A stretch of 64,000 nucleotides of DNA from an uncultured Lishizhenia sp. (GTDB taxonomy: Bacteria > Bacteroidota > Bacteroidia > Flavobacteriales_D > Crocinitomicaceae), in the NCBI GenBank assembly GCA_964506255.1, contig CAZDKE010000005.1, positions 2,876 through 66,875 of the forward strand, in the 5' to 3' direction. Below, piece after piece: positions 53,804-63,094 of this stretch. Position 1 is the first letter of the stretch. Each line of letters begins with the position of its first letter. The notes under the pieces are model-generated. The model made no database searches. It was given only the letters and a program-made list of their open reading frames with translations, and was not told where the DNA came from. Position numbers and translations under genes: made by a program.

Positions 53804-54906
53804 CTCAATACGACTACTTAATAATTGGAGCTGGACTTTACGGGTCAGTGTTTGCACATGAAGCAACAAAAAAAGGAAAAAAATGCTTGATTGTTGACAA
53901 ACGAAACCACATTGCTGGAAATATATATACCGAGAATATTGAAGGAATTAATGTCCATAAATACGGAGCGCATATTTTTCACACAAGCAATAAACGAGTT
54001 TGGGATTATGTTAATTCTTTCGTCGAATTTAACCGTTTTACAAATTCGCCTGTTGCTAATTATCAAGGTAAATTCTACAATCTACCTTTCAATATGAATA
54101 CCTTTTATCAATTATGGGGAGTGAAAACACCGGAAGAAGCTCGACTTAAAATTGAGGAACAAAGAAGTGAATTTGCACACATCACTGAACCTAAAAATTT
54201 AGAAGAACAAGCTTTAGTGTTAGGTGGAAGAGATATTTATGAGAAATTGATAAAAGGTTATACGGAAAAACAGTGGGGGAGACCAGCGACTGAAATTCCA
54301 GCGTTTATCATTCGAAGATTACCGTTTCGTTTCACCTTTGACAACAACTATTTTAACGATACCTATCAAGGAATTCCTATTGGAGGTTACACTAAATTGG
54401 TCGAGAAATTACAAGAGGGAATTGAAGTACGATTAGGAGTTAATTACTTCGAACAAAAAACTGAATTAGACCAATTAGCAAATGAAATTGTGTACACCGG
54501 AAAAATTGATGAGTTTTTTGATTTTGAGTTTGGTGAGCTTGAATATAGAAGTTTACATTTCGAAAACGAGTTGTTAGATACTCCAAATTTTCAAGGAAAT
54601 GCAGTAATCAATTATACTGAGAATACTATCCCATTTACTCGAATTATAGAACATAAGCACTTTGAGTTCGGGACACAAGAAAAAACATACATAACTCGAG
54701 AGTATCCACATGAGTTTTCAACCGATAACGAACCGTATTATCCAATCAATGATGATAAAAATCAAGCCATTTTAACAAAGTATCAAGAAAAAGCGAATGG
54801 CTTTCAAAATTATATCTTTGGTGGAAGATTGGCAGAATATAAATATTACGATATGCACCAAGTTATTGAAAGTGCATTGAATAAAGTAGAAGAATTATTA
54901 AAATAA
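53800..54906 (+). CDS. glf: UDP-galactopyranose mutase
   Basis: YDYLIIGAGLYGSVFA FAD fold, plus NIYTE...GINVHKYGAHIFHT and the C-terminal GRLAEYKYYDM. Confidence 0.9.
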   Translation: MTQYDYLIIGAGLYGSVFAHEATKKGKKCLIVDKRNHIAGNIYTENIEGINVHKYGAHIFHTSNKRVWDYVNSFVEFNRFTNSPVANYQGKFYNLPFNMNTFYQLWGVKTPEEARLKIEEQRSEFAHITEPKNLEEQALVLGGRDIYEKLIKGYTEKQWGRPATEIPAFIIRRLPFRFTFDNNYFNDTYQGIPIGGYTKLVEKLQEGIEVRLGVNYFEQKTELDQLANEIVYTGKIDEFFDFEFGELEYRSLHFENELLDTPNFQGNAVINYTENTIPFTRIIEHKHFEFGTQEKTYITREYPHEFSTDNEPYYPINDDKNQAILTKYQEKANGFQNYIFGGRLAEYKYYDMHQVIESALNKVEELLK

Positions 54907-55863
54907 GTGAAGGTGAGAACTGTAGCAATTGTAGTAACATTTAATAGAGAAAACCAATTAATTGATTGTTTGGAGGCTATTTTAGCCCAAACCGAAATTC
55001 CAAGTCATCTAGTGATAATTGACAATCATTCCAATGAGAAAACACCTCAAATGTTAATGGAAAAAGGTTATATCAATCAATTACCTCAAGAAAGTAAGGA
55101 AAATAAAGTTTATTCTTCAAGTGTTTTATCAACGAAAGACAGTTCCGTTTCAATTCCAATTTCATATGTGAGAAAATTCGAAAATGATGGAGGCGCAGGT
55201 GGTTTTTACGCTGGAATGAAACACGCTTACGAATTAGAAGCAACTTACCTTTGGATGATGGATGACGATGGTGTCCCGGCTGAAAATCAATTAGAAAAAC
55301 TTATAGAAGGCTCGATTAAAAATGAACTTTTTTATTGTAATGCACTTGTTACTTCAATTGATAATCCAACCGAATTCGCATTTTCTTTGGGAAGTTACAA
55401 ATCAGTAGAGGAAGCATCAAAGTTAGCGGTTTTACCTAATTTAATAAATCCATTCAATGGTACTTTAATCCATCGTAAAGTGGTTGAAAGAATTGGGATG
55501 ATCAAACGCGAAATGTTTATTTGGGGCGACGAGACAGAATATACGAATCGAGTTAGAAAGTATGGTTTCAAAATAGGAACAATTACAGCTGCAGTTCACA
55601 AACATCCTGTAATGAAAGGTAAATTTGATAAAGTTTTACCAGGTTTAAGTAATGCTCAAATCGTGGTAAAACCAGCACATTTCTCACATTTTTATTACAG
55701 GAATTTGGGTTACAATCAATCTTTATATGCTTCTAAAAAAGCAACAACTGTTCTATATTGGATGTATGTATTTTATTTTTTGACGCGTTTTAAATTCAAG
55801 GAGTTAGCGAAGTTTAAAGCTTTTTTCAAAGACGGAACCTTGAACAAATTTGATAGAAAATGA
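54907..55863 (+). CDS. glycosyltransferase family 2 (candidate galactofuranosyl/rhamnosyl transferase type)
   Basis: VAIVVTFNRENQL, IIDNHSNEKT and WMMDDDG. GTG start immediately after the glf stop. Confidence 0.7.
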   Translation: MKVRTVAIVVTFNRENQLIDCLEAILAQTEIPSHLVIIDNHSNEKTPQMLMEKGYINQLPQESKENKVYSSSVLSTKDSSVSIPISYVRKFENDGGAGGFYAGMKHAYELEATYLWMMDDDGVPAENQLEKLIEGSIKNELFYCNALVTSIDNPTEFAFSLGSYKSVEEASKLAVLPNLINPFNGTLIHRKVVERIGMIKREMFIWGDETEYTNRVRKYGFKIGTITAAVHKHPVMKGKFDKVLPGLSNAQIVVKPAHFSHFYYRNLGYNQSLYASKKATTVLYWMYVFYFLTRFKFKELAKFKAFFKDGTLNKFDRK

Positions 55864-56849
55864 AATTATCGATTACAATAGCAACTTATAATGTCCAAAA
55901 TTTCATTCGTGAAAGTATGGAAAGCATCTTGAATCAATCCTTTCAAGACTTTGAAGTAATTTGTATCGACGATGGCTCCAAAGACAATACAGTTTCCATA
56001 CTTAAGGAATTTGCTTCAAAAGATAATCGCATTCATATAGTTGAAAAAGAAGTTAATGAAGGATTAGCAGTTGCACGAAATCTATCTTTGGAATTAGCTA
56101 AGGGAGAGTATGTTACCTTTTTAGATGGGGACGATTTCTACGACCTAACGTTATTTGAAAAAGCAGTTAGTTTGGCTGACAAAACCCAAGCAGATTTAGT
56201 TCTTTGGGATTATGTTACTTTTTATGAAGTGAATGAAATACCAAAATTGAAAGCAATTCCTTCGGATTTGTTGAATTTTGATACCTCCAATAAAATCGCT
56301 CTTTTACAGCGACCATCATTCACATGGGTGAAATTACTTCGAACAGAAACGGCTAAATCATTCGGAATTCATTTCCCAAAAGGCTTCACGCGACAAGATA
56401 TTCCGGTGCATTGGCATTTGATTACAAAGTTGTCGAAAATTGAAGTCTTACCCGAGCGATTAGCCTATTATCGTCAACAAAATGAAGCAACAACTGCAAA
56501 AAAGGATAAGAAACTATTTCATCTTGCTTTTGTAATGGATGTGGTTGAAAAGTATTTGAAAGATGAGCAGCTTTTCGAAACGTATAAACTTCAATTTTAT
56601 ACCCAACAGTTGAATTTTTTCCACGGGATGCATGACAACATCAAGGAAGAGTTTAAAGAGGAAGCATTAAAAATAATTCAAGATAGACTCAATTCTGACC
56701 ACCTACAGTTTTTAAAATCTACAGATTTAGTTCGACCACAAACCAAGTTTTTTCTTCTTGGATTAAAAGGAGATGGATTTTCAGTTATTAAATTGAAAAT
56801 ATGGAAATTAACGCGATCTTTTTATAGAATTTTAAAAGGAACTAAATGA
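55860..56849 (+). CDS. glycosyltransferase family 2
   Basis: LSITIATYN, IDDGSKDNT and LDGDDF. Confidence 0.8.
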   Translation: MKLSITIATYNVQNFIRESMESILNQSFQDFEVICIDDGSKDNTVSILKEFASKDNRIHIVEKEVNEGLAVARNLSLELAKGEYVTFLDGDDFYDLTLFEKAVSLADKTQADLVLWDYVTFYEVNEIPKLKAIPSDLLNFDTSNKIALLQRPSFTWVKLLRTETAKSFGIHFPKGFTRQDIPVHWHLITKLSKIEVLPERLAYYRQQNEATTAKKDKKLFHLAFVMDVVEKYLKDEQLFETYKLQFYTQQLNFFHGMHDNIKEEFKEEALKIIQDRLNSDHLQFLKSTDLVRPQTKFFLLGLKGDGFSVIKLKIWKLTRSFYRILKGTK

Positions 56850-57772
56850 GAGAATTTTTAGTAAAATTAAAAAATACAAATCCTTTTTTATTGTATATCT
56901 GGACGAAACAGCAACAGAAGAAAGGTAAAATTAACTTAGCTAAATTCACAGATGAAGAGGCAATTAATAATCTTTATTCATCCTACGCTGGTAGAAAACC
57001 AAATTTAACCAATCCATCTACTTTTAGTGAAAAGTTGCAATGGCTTAAATTAAACTACCAAAATCCACTTCAAACTATTTGTGCTGATAAATTTTTAGTA
57101 AGAGACTACCTAACAAACAAGGGATATGAATCAATCCTTAGTAAAGTTATTCTTGTGGCAGAACGTGTTGAAGATTTAAACATCAATACTTTACCTGAAA
57201 AATTTGTAATCAAAGCAACTCATGGTAGTGGATGGAATTTGATTTGTACTGACAAAAAGAAAGTCAATTGGTTTTGGTGGAGAAAAATAATGAATATTTG
57301 GCTGCACAATAACATTTTTTGGCCAGGGCGGGAATGGCCTTATAAAAACATGAAACCTCGCTTGATAGTCGAAGAATTTATGACCGATAAAAGTGGTTTA
57401 TTAATGGATTATAAGTTTTTCTGCTTCAATGGTAAAGCTAAGTTTATTCAAGCAAATAAAGGCAGAGATACTCCAAATCATGCTCAAAATTTCTACGACT
57501 TAGAATGGAAAATTTTACCATTTGGAAAGGATTTAAAACCAAGACCAGATATAACGATTGATGCACCAAGTTGCATGCAGCAAATGATAGAAATAGCAGA
57601 GGATTTGGCGAGAGAATTTCCGTTTGTTCGGGTTGATTTTTATGAAGTAAATGGAAAAGTGATTTTTGGTGAATTAACTTTTTATCCAAAAAGTGGTTTG
57701 CCAGACTTTACACCACCTGAATACGATGAAATTTTAGGGTCATACTTCGAACTACCAAATTCAATAACATGA
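56846..57772 (+). CDS. TupA-like ATP-grasp amidoligase family protein
   Basis: FSEKLQWLKLNY...DKFLVRDYL, IKATHGSG and RVDFYEVNGKVIFGELTFYP, matching the TupA-like ATP-grasp pattern (family recognised from memory). Confidence 0.7.
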   Translation: MREFLVKLKNTNPFLLYIWTKQQQKKGKINLAKFTDEEAINNLYSSYAGRKPNLTNPSTFSEKLQWLKLNYQNPLQTICADKFLVRDYLTNKGYESILSKVILVAERVEDLNINTLPEKFVIKATHGSGWNLICTDKKKVNWFWWRKIMNIWLHNNIFWPGREWPYKNMKPRLIVEEFMTDKSGLLMDYKFFCFNGKAKFIQANKGRDTPNHAQNFYDLEWKILPFGKDLKPRPDITIDAPSCMQQMIEIAEDLAREFPFVRVDFYEVNGKVIFGELTFYPKSGLPDFTPPEYDEILGSYFELPNSIT

Positions 57773-58929
57773 AAATAAAAGTATTACAAGTTGTTGGGAC
57801 AATGAATAGAGGTGGGGCTGAGGTTATGTTAATGGATTTATTTCGTCAAATTAATACTGATTTTCAATTTGAGTTTTTAGTTAATTACAAACTTTCTGCT
57901 GGTAAACCAATTGGAGATTTTGACGATGAGATTTTAGAAAAAGGTTCAAAAATTCATTACATACCTGCTCAATGGGATCTTGGTTTAAAAAAATATATTC
58001 AAGCCTTTCAACAACTAATAACAGAAATCGGTGTCCCAGACATTGTACACATTCATATGAATTCAAAATGTGGCGTGATAGCTAAGGCCGCAAAAAAAGC
58101 AGGTGTCAAACATGTCATAGCTCATTCACATGCCGATTTGAAATTTAGAGGTAGTTTAAAAAGTCGTTTAGCAAATAACTTGGAGCTTAACTTTCAAAAA
58201 CGTTTAATTGCTAAATATGCCGATAATTTTTGGGGTTGTTCTCCTGAAGCAAATGCCAGCTTATTCTATAAAAGATTATTAACTCCCACTAAGTCAGCGG
58301 TTATAAACAACGCAATTGATGTCAACGTTTATTTAGAAGTTCAAAAAAACGATATAGAATCCATTAGAAAATCTTGGGGAGTTGGTTCTAAAACCATTGT
58401 TTTTGGCAATGTTGGTAGAATAGTAGCACATAAAAATATTGGTTTTCTTCTAGATGTTTTGAAAGAATATAAAACCTACAACTCGGATTTTCTTTTTGTA
58501 ATTGCAGGAAGAGTAGAAGATGAAAATTATTTTAATCAATTCAATGAGAAGGCTAAACAATATGATTTAACAGAAAAGATAAAGTACATCGGAGTTCGAT
58601 CGGATGTGCCACTTATTTTTAGAAGTTTTGATGTGTTTTTAGGTCCGGCATTAAAGGAAGGTTTCGGAATGGTTGCTGTTGAAGCACAAGCTGCTGGTTT
58701 ACAAAGTGTTTTATATACTGGTTTCCCTAGAACAGTGGATATGGAATTAGGACTTGTAACTTATATCCACGATTTTGTTGTTGAAAATTGGGTTAATGCA
58801 ATTAAAAATCGACCACTTAAAATTGTAGATTTGGAAATTGTAAAAGAAAAAATTGTTTCAAAAGGTTTTGATATTCAGACAAATGTGAAAACGATTGAAA
58901 AGTTATATAGAAGTTTATTGAATGAGTAA
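57769..58929 (+). CDS. glycosyltransferase family 4 (GT-B, GT1-type)
   Basis: MKIKVLQVVGTMNRGGAE and the C-terminal EGFGMVAVEAQAAG. Confidence 0.8.
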   Translation: MKIKVLQVVGTMNRGGAEVMLMDLFRQINTDFQFEFLVNYKLSAGKPIGDFDDEILEKGSKIHYIPAQWDLGLKKYIQAFQQLITEIGVPDIVHIHMNSKCGVIAKAAKKAGVKHVIAHSHADLKFRGSLKSRLANNLELNFQKRLIAKYADNFWGCSPEANASLFYKRLLTPTKSAVINNAIDVNVYLEVQKNDIESIRKSWGVGSKTIVFGNVGRIVAHKNIGFLLDVLKEYKTYNSDFLFVIAGRVEDENYFNQFNEKAKQYDLTEKIKYIGVRSDVPLIFRSFDVFLGPALKEGFGMVAVEAQAAGLQSVLYTGFPRTVDMELGLVTYIHDFVVENWVNAIKNRPLKIVDLEIVKEKIVSKGFDIQTNVKTIEKLYRSLLNE

Positions 58930-60007
58930 AATTGTACATTTTAAAGGCTTAAATGGAATACGTGCTATTGCGGCAGTTGGTGTTATGCTTGCTCATATTT
59001 TTGGAGATTTAGGGCAATTAGGATTAAAAAGATTACCAGAATCATTGAATATTGCTTCTTTAGGTGTTACTATGTTTTTTACATTAAGTGGTTTTTTGAT
59101 AACTTTTTTGTTGTTAAAAGAAAAAACATCAAGTGATAAAAATCAAATTAACATTTCTAATTTTTACGTAAGAAGAATTTTAAGAATTTGGCCATTGTAT
59201 TTCTTATACGTCATTATTTGCTTAATAACCTATTGGTTTTTCAGTATAGACTTTGACAAAAGCATGCTGTTTTATTATATTTTCTTATTAGCAAATGTGC
59301 CTCTAATTATTGAATCTACATTACCGTTTATTGGTCATTTGTGGTCGGTTGCAGTTGAGGAACAGTTCTATTTATTTTGGCCATGGTTTTCAAAAATCAA
59401 CACACAGAAGTTACTTTTTTATACCATTTCCCTATTAGTTACATTGATTCTTCTAAAGGATTTTACTTATATCATAGGTAGTAAATACAATTATAAAATT
59501 CCACTCATTGCACTTACAGTGACTCGATTTTATTGTATGCTAATAGGTTGTATTTTCGCCATTTTATATTTTCAGAAATCAATTTGGATAGAAAGATTAA
59601 CAAATAGATATGTTTCAATTTTTGCTTGGATGATTATGCTACTTGCGATTTTTGATAAATTTCAAATTTCATCTGCTTTGATTGACCATGAAATTATGTC
59701 TATAGTAACTGCTATAATTATATTAAATCAAATTACTGAAAAAAATAAAATTATAAGTTTGGACAATAGATTTTTAGATTTTTTTGGTAAAATTTCATAC
59801 GGTATTTATGTCTACCATCCAATCATAATTTTTTTGACAATTAAATTTTTTGGCAAATTCAAAAATGACGTTTTAATTAACTATTTATTGGTGTTTTCTG
59901 TGATTTTTGGCTCAACAATTATTGTTTCTTACCTTTCATTTCATTTTTTTGAAAATAAGTTTATTAGGATGAAGGATAAGTTTTCAAGTGTTAAAAGTAG
60001 AATGTGA
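58922..60007 (+). CDS. acyltransferase family 3 (membrane O-acyltransferase)
   Basis: GLNGIRAIAAVGVMLAHI, about 10 TM helices, and WSVAVEEQFYLFWP. Confidence 0.85.
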   Translation: MSKIVHFKGLNGIRAIAAVGVMLAHIFGDLGQLGLKRLPESLNIASLGVTMFFTLSGFLITFLLLKEKTSSDKNQINISNFYVRRILRIWPLYFLYVIICLITYWFFSIDFDKSMLFYYIFLLANVPLIIESTLPFIGHLWSVAVEEQFYLFWPWFSKINTQKLLFYTISLLVTLILLKDFTYIIGSKYNYKIPLIALTVTRFYCMLIGCIFAILYFQKSIWIERLTNRYVSIFAWMIMLLAIFDKFQISSALIDHEIMSIVTAIIILNQITEKNKIISLDNRFLDFFGKISYGIYVYHPIIIFLTIKFFGKFKNDVLINYLLVFSVIFGSTIIVSYLSFHFFENKFIRMKDKFSSVKSRM

Positions 60008-60012
60008 TAAAT

Positions 60013-61152
60013 ATGAATTCAAAAATTACCCTTTTCGGAGATATTTGCCCAACAAAAGATACATTTTCACTTTTTGAAACTGGTGACGCTAAAAATTTGT
60101 TTAATGATTTGTTGGAGGATCTGCATACATCTGATTATGTTGCTGGAAATCTTGAATTTGTTTTAAGTGATTCACCAAAATCAATACAAAAAGCAGGACC
60201 TGTTTTAGTTGCAAAAACAAATTGTATTAACGTTTTAAAGCAAGCAAACTTCAAGCTGTTGAGCTTAGCAAATAATCACATTAAAGATTGTGGAGAAGAC
60301 GGAGTAGCCTCTACTATGAATGCGTGTGAACAAGCTTCCATTACAACGTTAGGTGCTGCTGAAAATTTAAAAAAAGCAAAAGAACCTTATTTTACAACTA
60401 TAAAAGGTGTTAAAATTGCTTGGATTGCTTTTGCGGAACAAGAATTTAATATAGCTTCCTCAACAGAATATGGTGCAAACTATTTTGATCCATATGATGA
60501 TTTAGATTTGATTGAGCAAACTAAAGCAAAAGTTGATTACTTAATTGTAATTTATCATGGAGGTGTTGAGTATTATCCGTACCCAAGTCCACAATTGAAA
60601 AAGAAATGCAGAAAATTTGTTGACAAAGGAGCAGATTTAGTAACCTGTCAGCATTCTCATTGTATCGGAACAATAGATAATTACAAGGATAAAAAAATAA
60701 TCTATGGTCAAGGAAATTCTGTTTTTGGATTTCGAGAAAATGATGTTTCTTGGAATCAAGGTTTGCTTGTTGAGCTAATTTGGAAAAACCAATTTGAAGC
60801 ACCTCAAGTTAAACTAGTTCCAATAGAAGCTACAAAGAATGGAATTCGAAAAATGGAAGAATCTGCGGGATTAAAATTATTGGAAACAGTTAATCAAATG
60901 TCCTCTAAAATTGAAGATGATCAGTTTTTGGAAAAGGAATGGTTGAATTTCTGTAAACAAAAACAAGGCTTATATTTTCCATTTTATTTTGGTTACAATA
61001 GAGTCTTGATACATTTAAATAGGTTGACAAACAATGGTTTAGTTAAATTGTTTTACCCAAAATCTAAATTGAGAACATCTCATAATATCATTCGTTGCGA
61101 AGCCCATAACGAAGTAATTCAAACATTACTTTCAAATCAAGTTAAAAGTTAA
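60013..61152 (+). CDS. CapA/PGA_cap family metallophosphatase-fold protein (poly-gamma-glutamate capsule synthesis-like)
   Basis: LFGDICP, GNLEF, LSLANNHIKDCGEDG and VIYHGGVEY motifs. The start is either ATG 60013 or GTG 60004. Confidence 0.7.
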   Translation: MNSKITLFGDICPTKDTFSLFETGDAKNLFNDLLEDLHTSDYVAGNLEFVLSDSPKSIQKAGPVLVAKTNCINVLKQANFKLLSLANNHIKDCGEDGVASTMNACEQASITTLGAAENLKKAKEPYFTTIKGVKIAWIAFAEQEFNIASSTEYGANYFDPYDDLDLIEQTKAKVDYLIVIYHGGVEYYPYPSPQLKKKCRKFVDKGADLVTCQHSHCIGTIDNYKDKKIIYGQGNSVFGFRENDVSWNQGLLVELIWKNQFEAPQVKLVPIEATKNGIRKMEESAGLKLLETVNQMSSKIEDDQFLEKEWLNFCKQKQGLYFPFYFGYNRVLIHLNRLTNNGLVKLFYPKSKLRTSHNIIRCEAHNEVIQTLLSNQVKS

Positions 61153-62222
61153 TGTTTATTTATCTTCAAATATTAGCATTAGTTTGCCTTCTGGTTTTTG
61201 TATCCTCTAAACTCAAGGATACTGGATTAGCTTCAAATGTGGTGTTTTACTTCTCTGCAATTTTTTTGATTTGTTTAGCAGGTTTTCGCTCCAATTTTGT
61301 TGGGACTGATACTAATAATTACATTAGTATGTTCATTTCCTACAATAATTTTAAGGAATCTATTTTTAAAATGGAAACGAGTATTGAGATAGGATATTTG
61401 TTTTTACAGCTAGTAGCTTCCTTATTTTCAGATAATTATTGGTCTATTTTAACAACAATTGCTGTTGTCTCAATAGTACCTATTTACTATGTGGTTAAGG
61501 AGTTGTCTTACAATACAACTTTATCAATTTTTATCTATTTCACACTTGGAATTTATTTGTTATTCTTTAATGCAGGTCGGCAAGGTATCGCAGTTTCAAT
61601 CGCTTCGGTTGGAATTATCTACATTCTAGAAAGAAAGTTATTGTGGTTTTTGGTTTGCATTTTTATTGCATCCTTATTCCACCGCACCGCTTTAATAATG
61701 ATTCCATTTTACTTCATTTTAGTACTTCCATTTTCTTTGAGAAATCTCGTGCTTTTTACAGTCATTGGTTTCTTTAGCTTTTATTTTTTGAGTACAATAC
61801 TTGGGTTTTTATCTCCGGAGGTTGAGTCGCGTTATGCAGTATATGAGGACAGAGGAGCTACAGGTGGATTTTTATTAGCTACTTTCTTTATCCTAGTTTC
61901 AGTCTTTTTAATTGTTTTGCGACCTCAAATTTCAGAAGAGAAAATGTATGTATTTGACGTTTATTTAAATCTAACCGTTTTTACAGCCATTGTTTATTTG
62001 GTTGTGATTCTCACCGGAAGTGATGTGAATTTCATACGATTAACTAATTATTTTGCAATAGGTTTTGTATTGATTTGGCCAATCGTTTTTGATGAAGTTA
62101 AATTCTTTAAATTACCAACAACACGTTTTTTGGTTATTGCTGTCCATCTCGCTTATTTAACAATTTATCTCGGTAAAATGTCCAACTTGATACCTTATAC
62201 CGTTAACAAATTCTTCTTGTAA
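61152..62222 (+). CDS. EpsG family polysaccharide polymerase-like membrane protein
   Basis: LAGFRSNFVGTDTNNYISMF signature and about 10 TM helices. TAATG overlap at both ends. Confidence 0.75.
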   Translation: MFIYLQILALVCLLVFVSSKLKDTGLASNVVFYFSAIFLICLAGFRSNFVGTDTNNYISMFISYNNFKESIFKMETSIEIGYLFLQLVASLFSDNYWSILTTIAVVSIVPIYYVVKELSYNTTLSIFIYFTLGIYLLFFNAGRQGIAVSIASVGIIYILERKLLWFLVCIFIASLFHRTALIMIPFYFILVLPFSLRNLVLFTVIGFFSFYFLSTILGFLSPEVESRYAVYEDRGATGGFLLATFFILVSVFLIVLRPQISEEKMYVFDVYLNLTVFTAIVYLVVILTGSDVNFIRLTNYFAIGFVLIWPIVFDEVKFFKLPTTRFLVIAVHLAYLTIYLGKMSNLIPYTVNKFFL

Positions 62223-63094
62223 TGCCAGTTACTATAGCTATACCTTTTTTTAACGCTGAAAATTACATTTTGGATGCTGTACGTTCCATCTTTGCACAAA
62301 CATATATTGATTGGGAACTGTTTTTAATAGACGATGGTTCAACCGATAATTCGTTAAAGTTGGTTCAAAAGATTACTGATCCACGTGTCAAAATTATTAG
62401 TGATGGGAAAAATAAACGCTTAGCCGGAAGACTTAATGAAGTTCCAAATTTTGCGAACTATGATTTTATCCTCAGAATGGATGCTGATGATATGATTTTT
62501 CCAACTAAAATTGAGCGTCAATTGTCCGTTTTTAATGAATATCCAGATTTGGATATCGTAACAACAGGTGTTTATTCAGTTACAAACGATTTGAAAATTC
62601 AAGGAGTAAGAGGAATGGATTACTATTTACCTGAATTTGATGATATTATAAGTCGTAGAAAAGGAGTTGTCCACGCGGCAATGATGGTTAAAAAATCATG
62701 GTATACTAGAAATAAATACGACGAGACATTGAAAATTGCCCAAGATTTAGATTTGTGGATAAGAGCTTCTAAATCAAATGATTTTAAAATAAAATCGATC
62801 AATGAATATTTGTATATATACCGCGAAGAAGGAAATGTCACAAAAGATAAATTACTAAGAGCTTATAGTAATGAACGAGCAATGATTCGAAAATATGCAA
62901 TAAACAATAAGTTCAAATTACTAGCTAAATCCTATTTAAAATCATTAGTTGTAAGAGGTCTTGCTTTATTTGGTAGAATAAATTCGCTACAGAAAAGAAG
63001 AAGTGATTTTGAAATTTCAGCCACTTTACAAAATGAATTTCAACTTGCTGTAAATACTATAAAATCAACTAAAATTCCTGGAATCGATGTCTGA
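62222..63094 (+). CDS. glycosyltransferase family 2
   Basis: VTIAIPFFNAENYI, IDDGSTDNS and MDADDM. Confidence 0.8.
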   Translation: MPVTIAIPFFNAENYILDAVRSIFAQTYIDWELFLIDDGSTDNSLKLVQKITDPRVKIISDGKNKRLAGRLNEVPNFANYDFILRMDADDMIFPTKIERQLSVFNEYPDLDIVTTGVYSVTNDLKIQGVRGMDYYLPEFDDIISRRKGVVHAAMMVKKSWYTRNKYDETLKIAQDLDLWIRASKSNDFKIKSINEYLYIYREEGNVTKDKLLRAYSNERAMIRKYAINNKFKLLAKSYLKSLVVRGLALFGRINSLQKRRSDFEISATLQNEFQLAVNTIKSTKIPGIDV

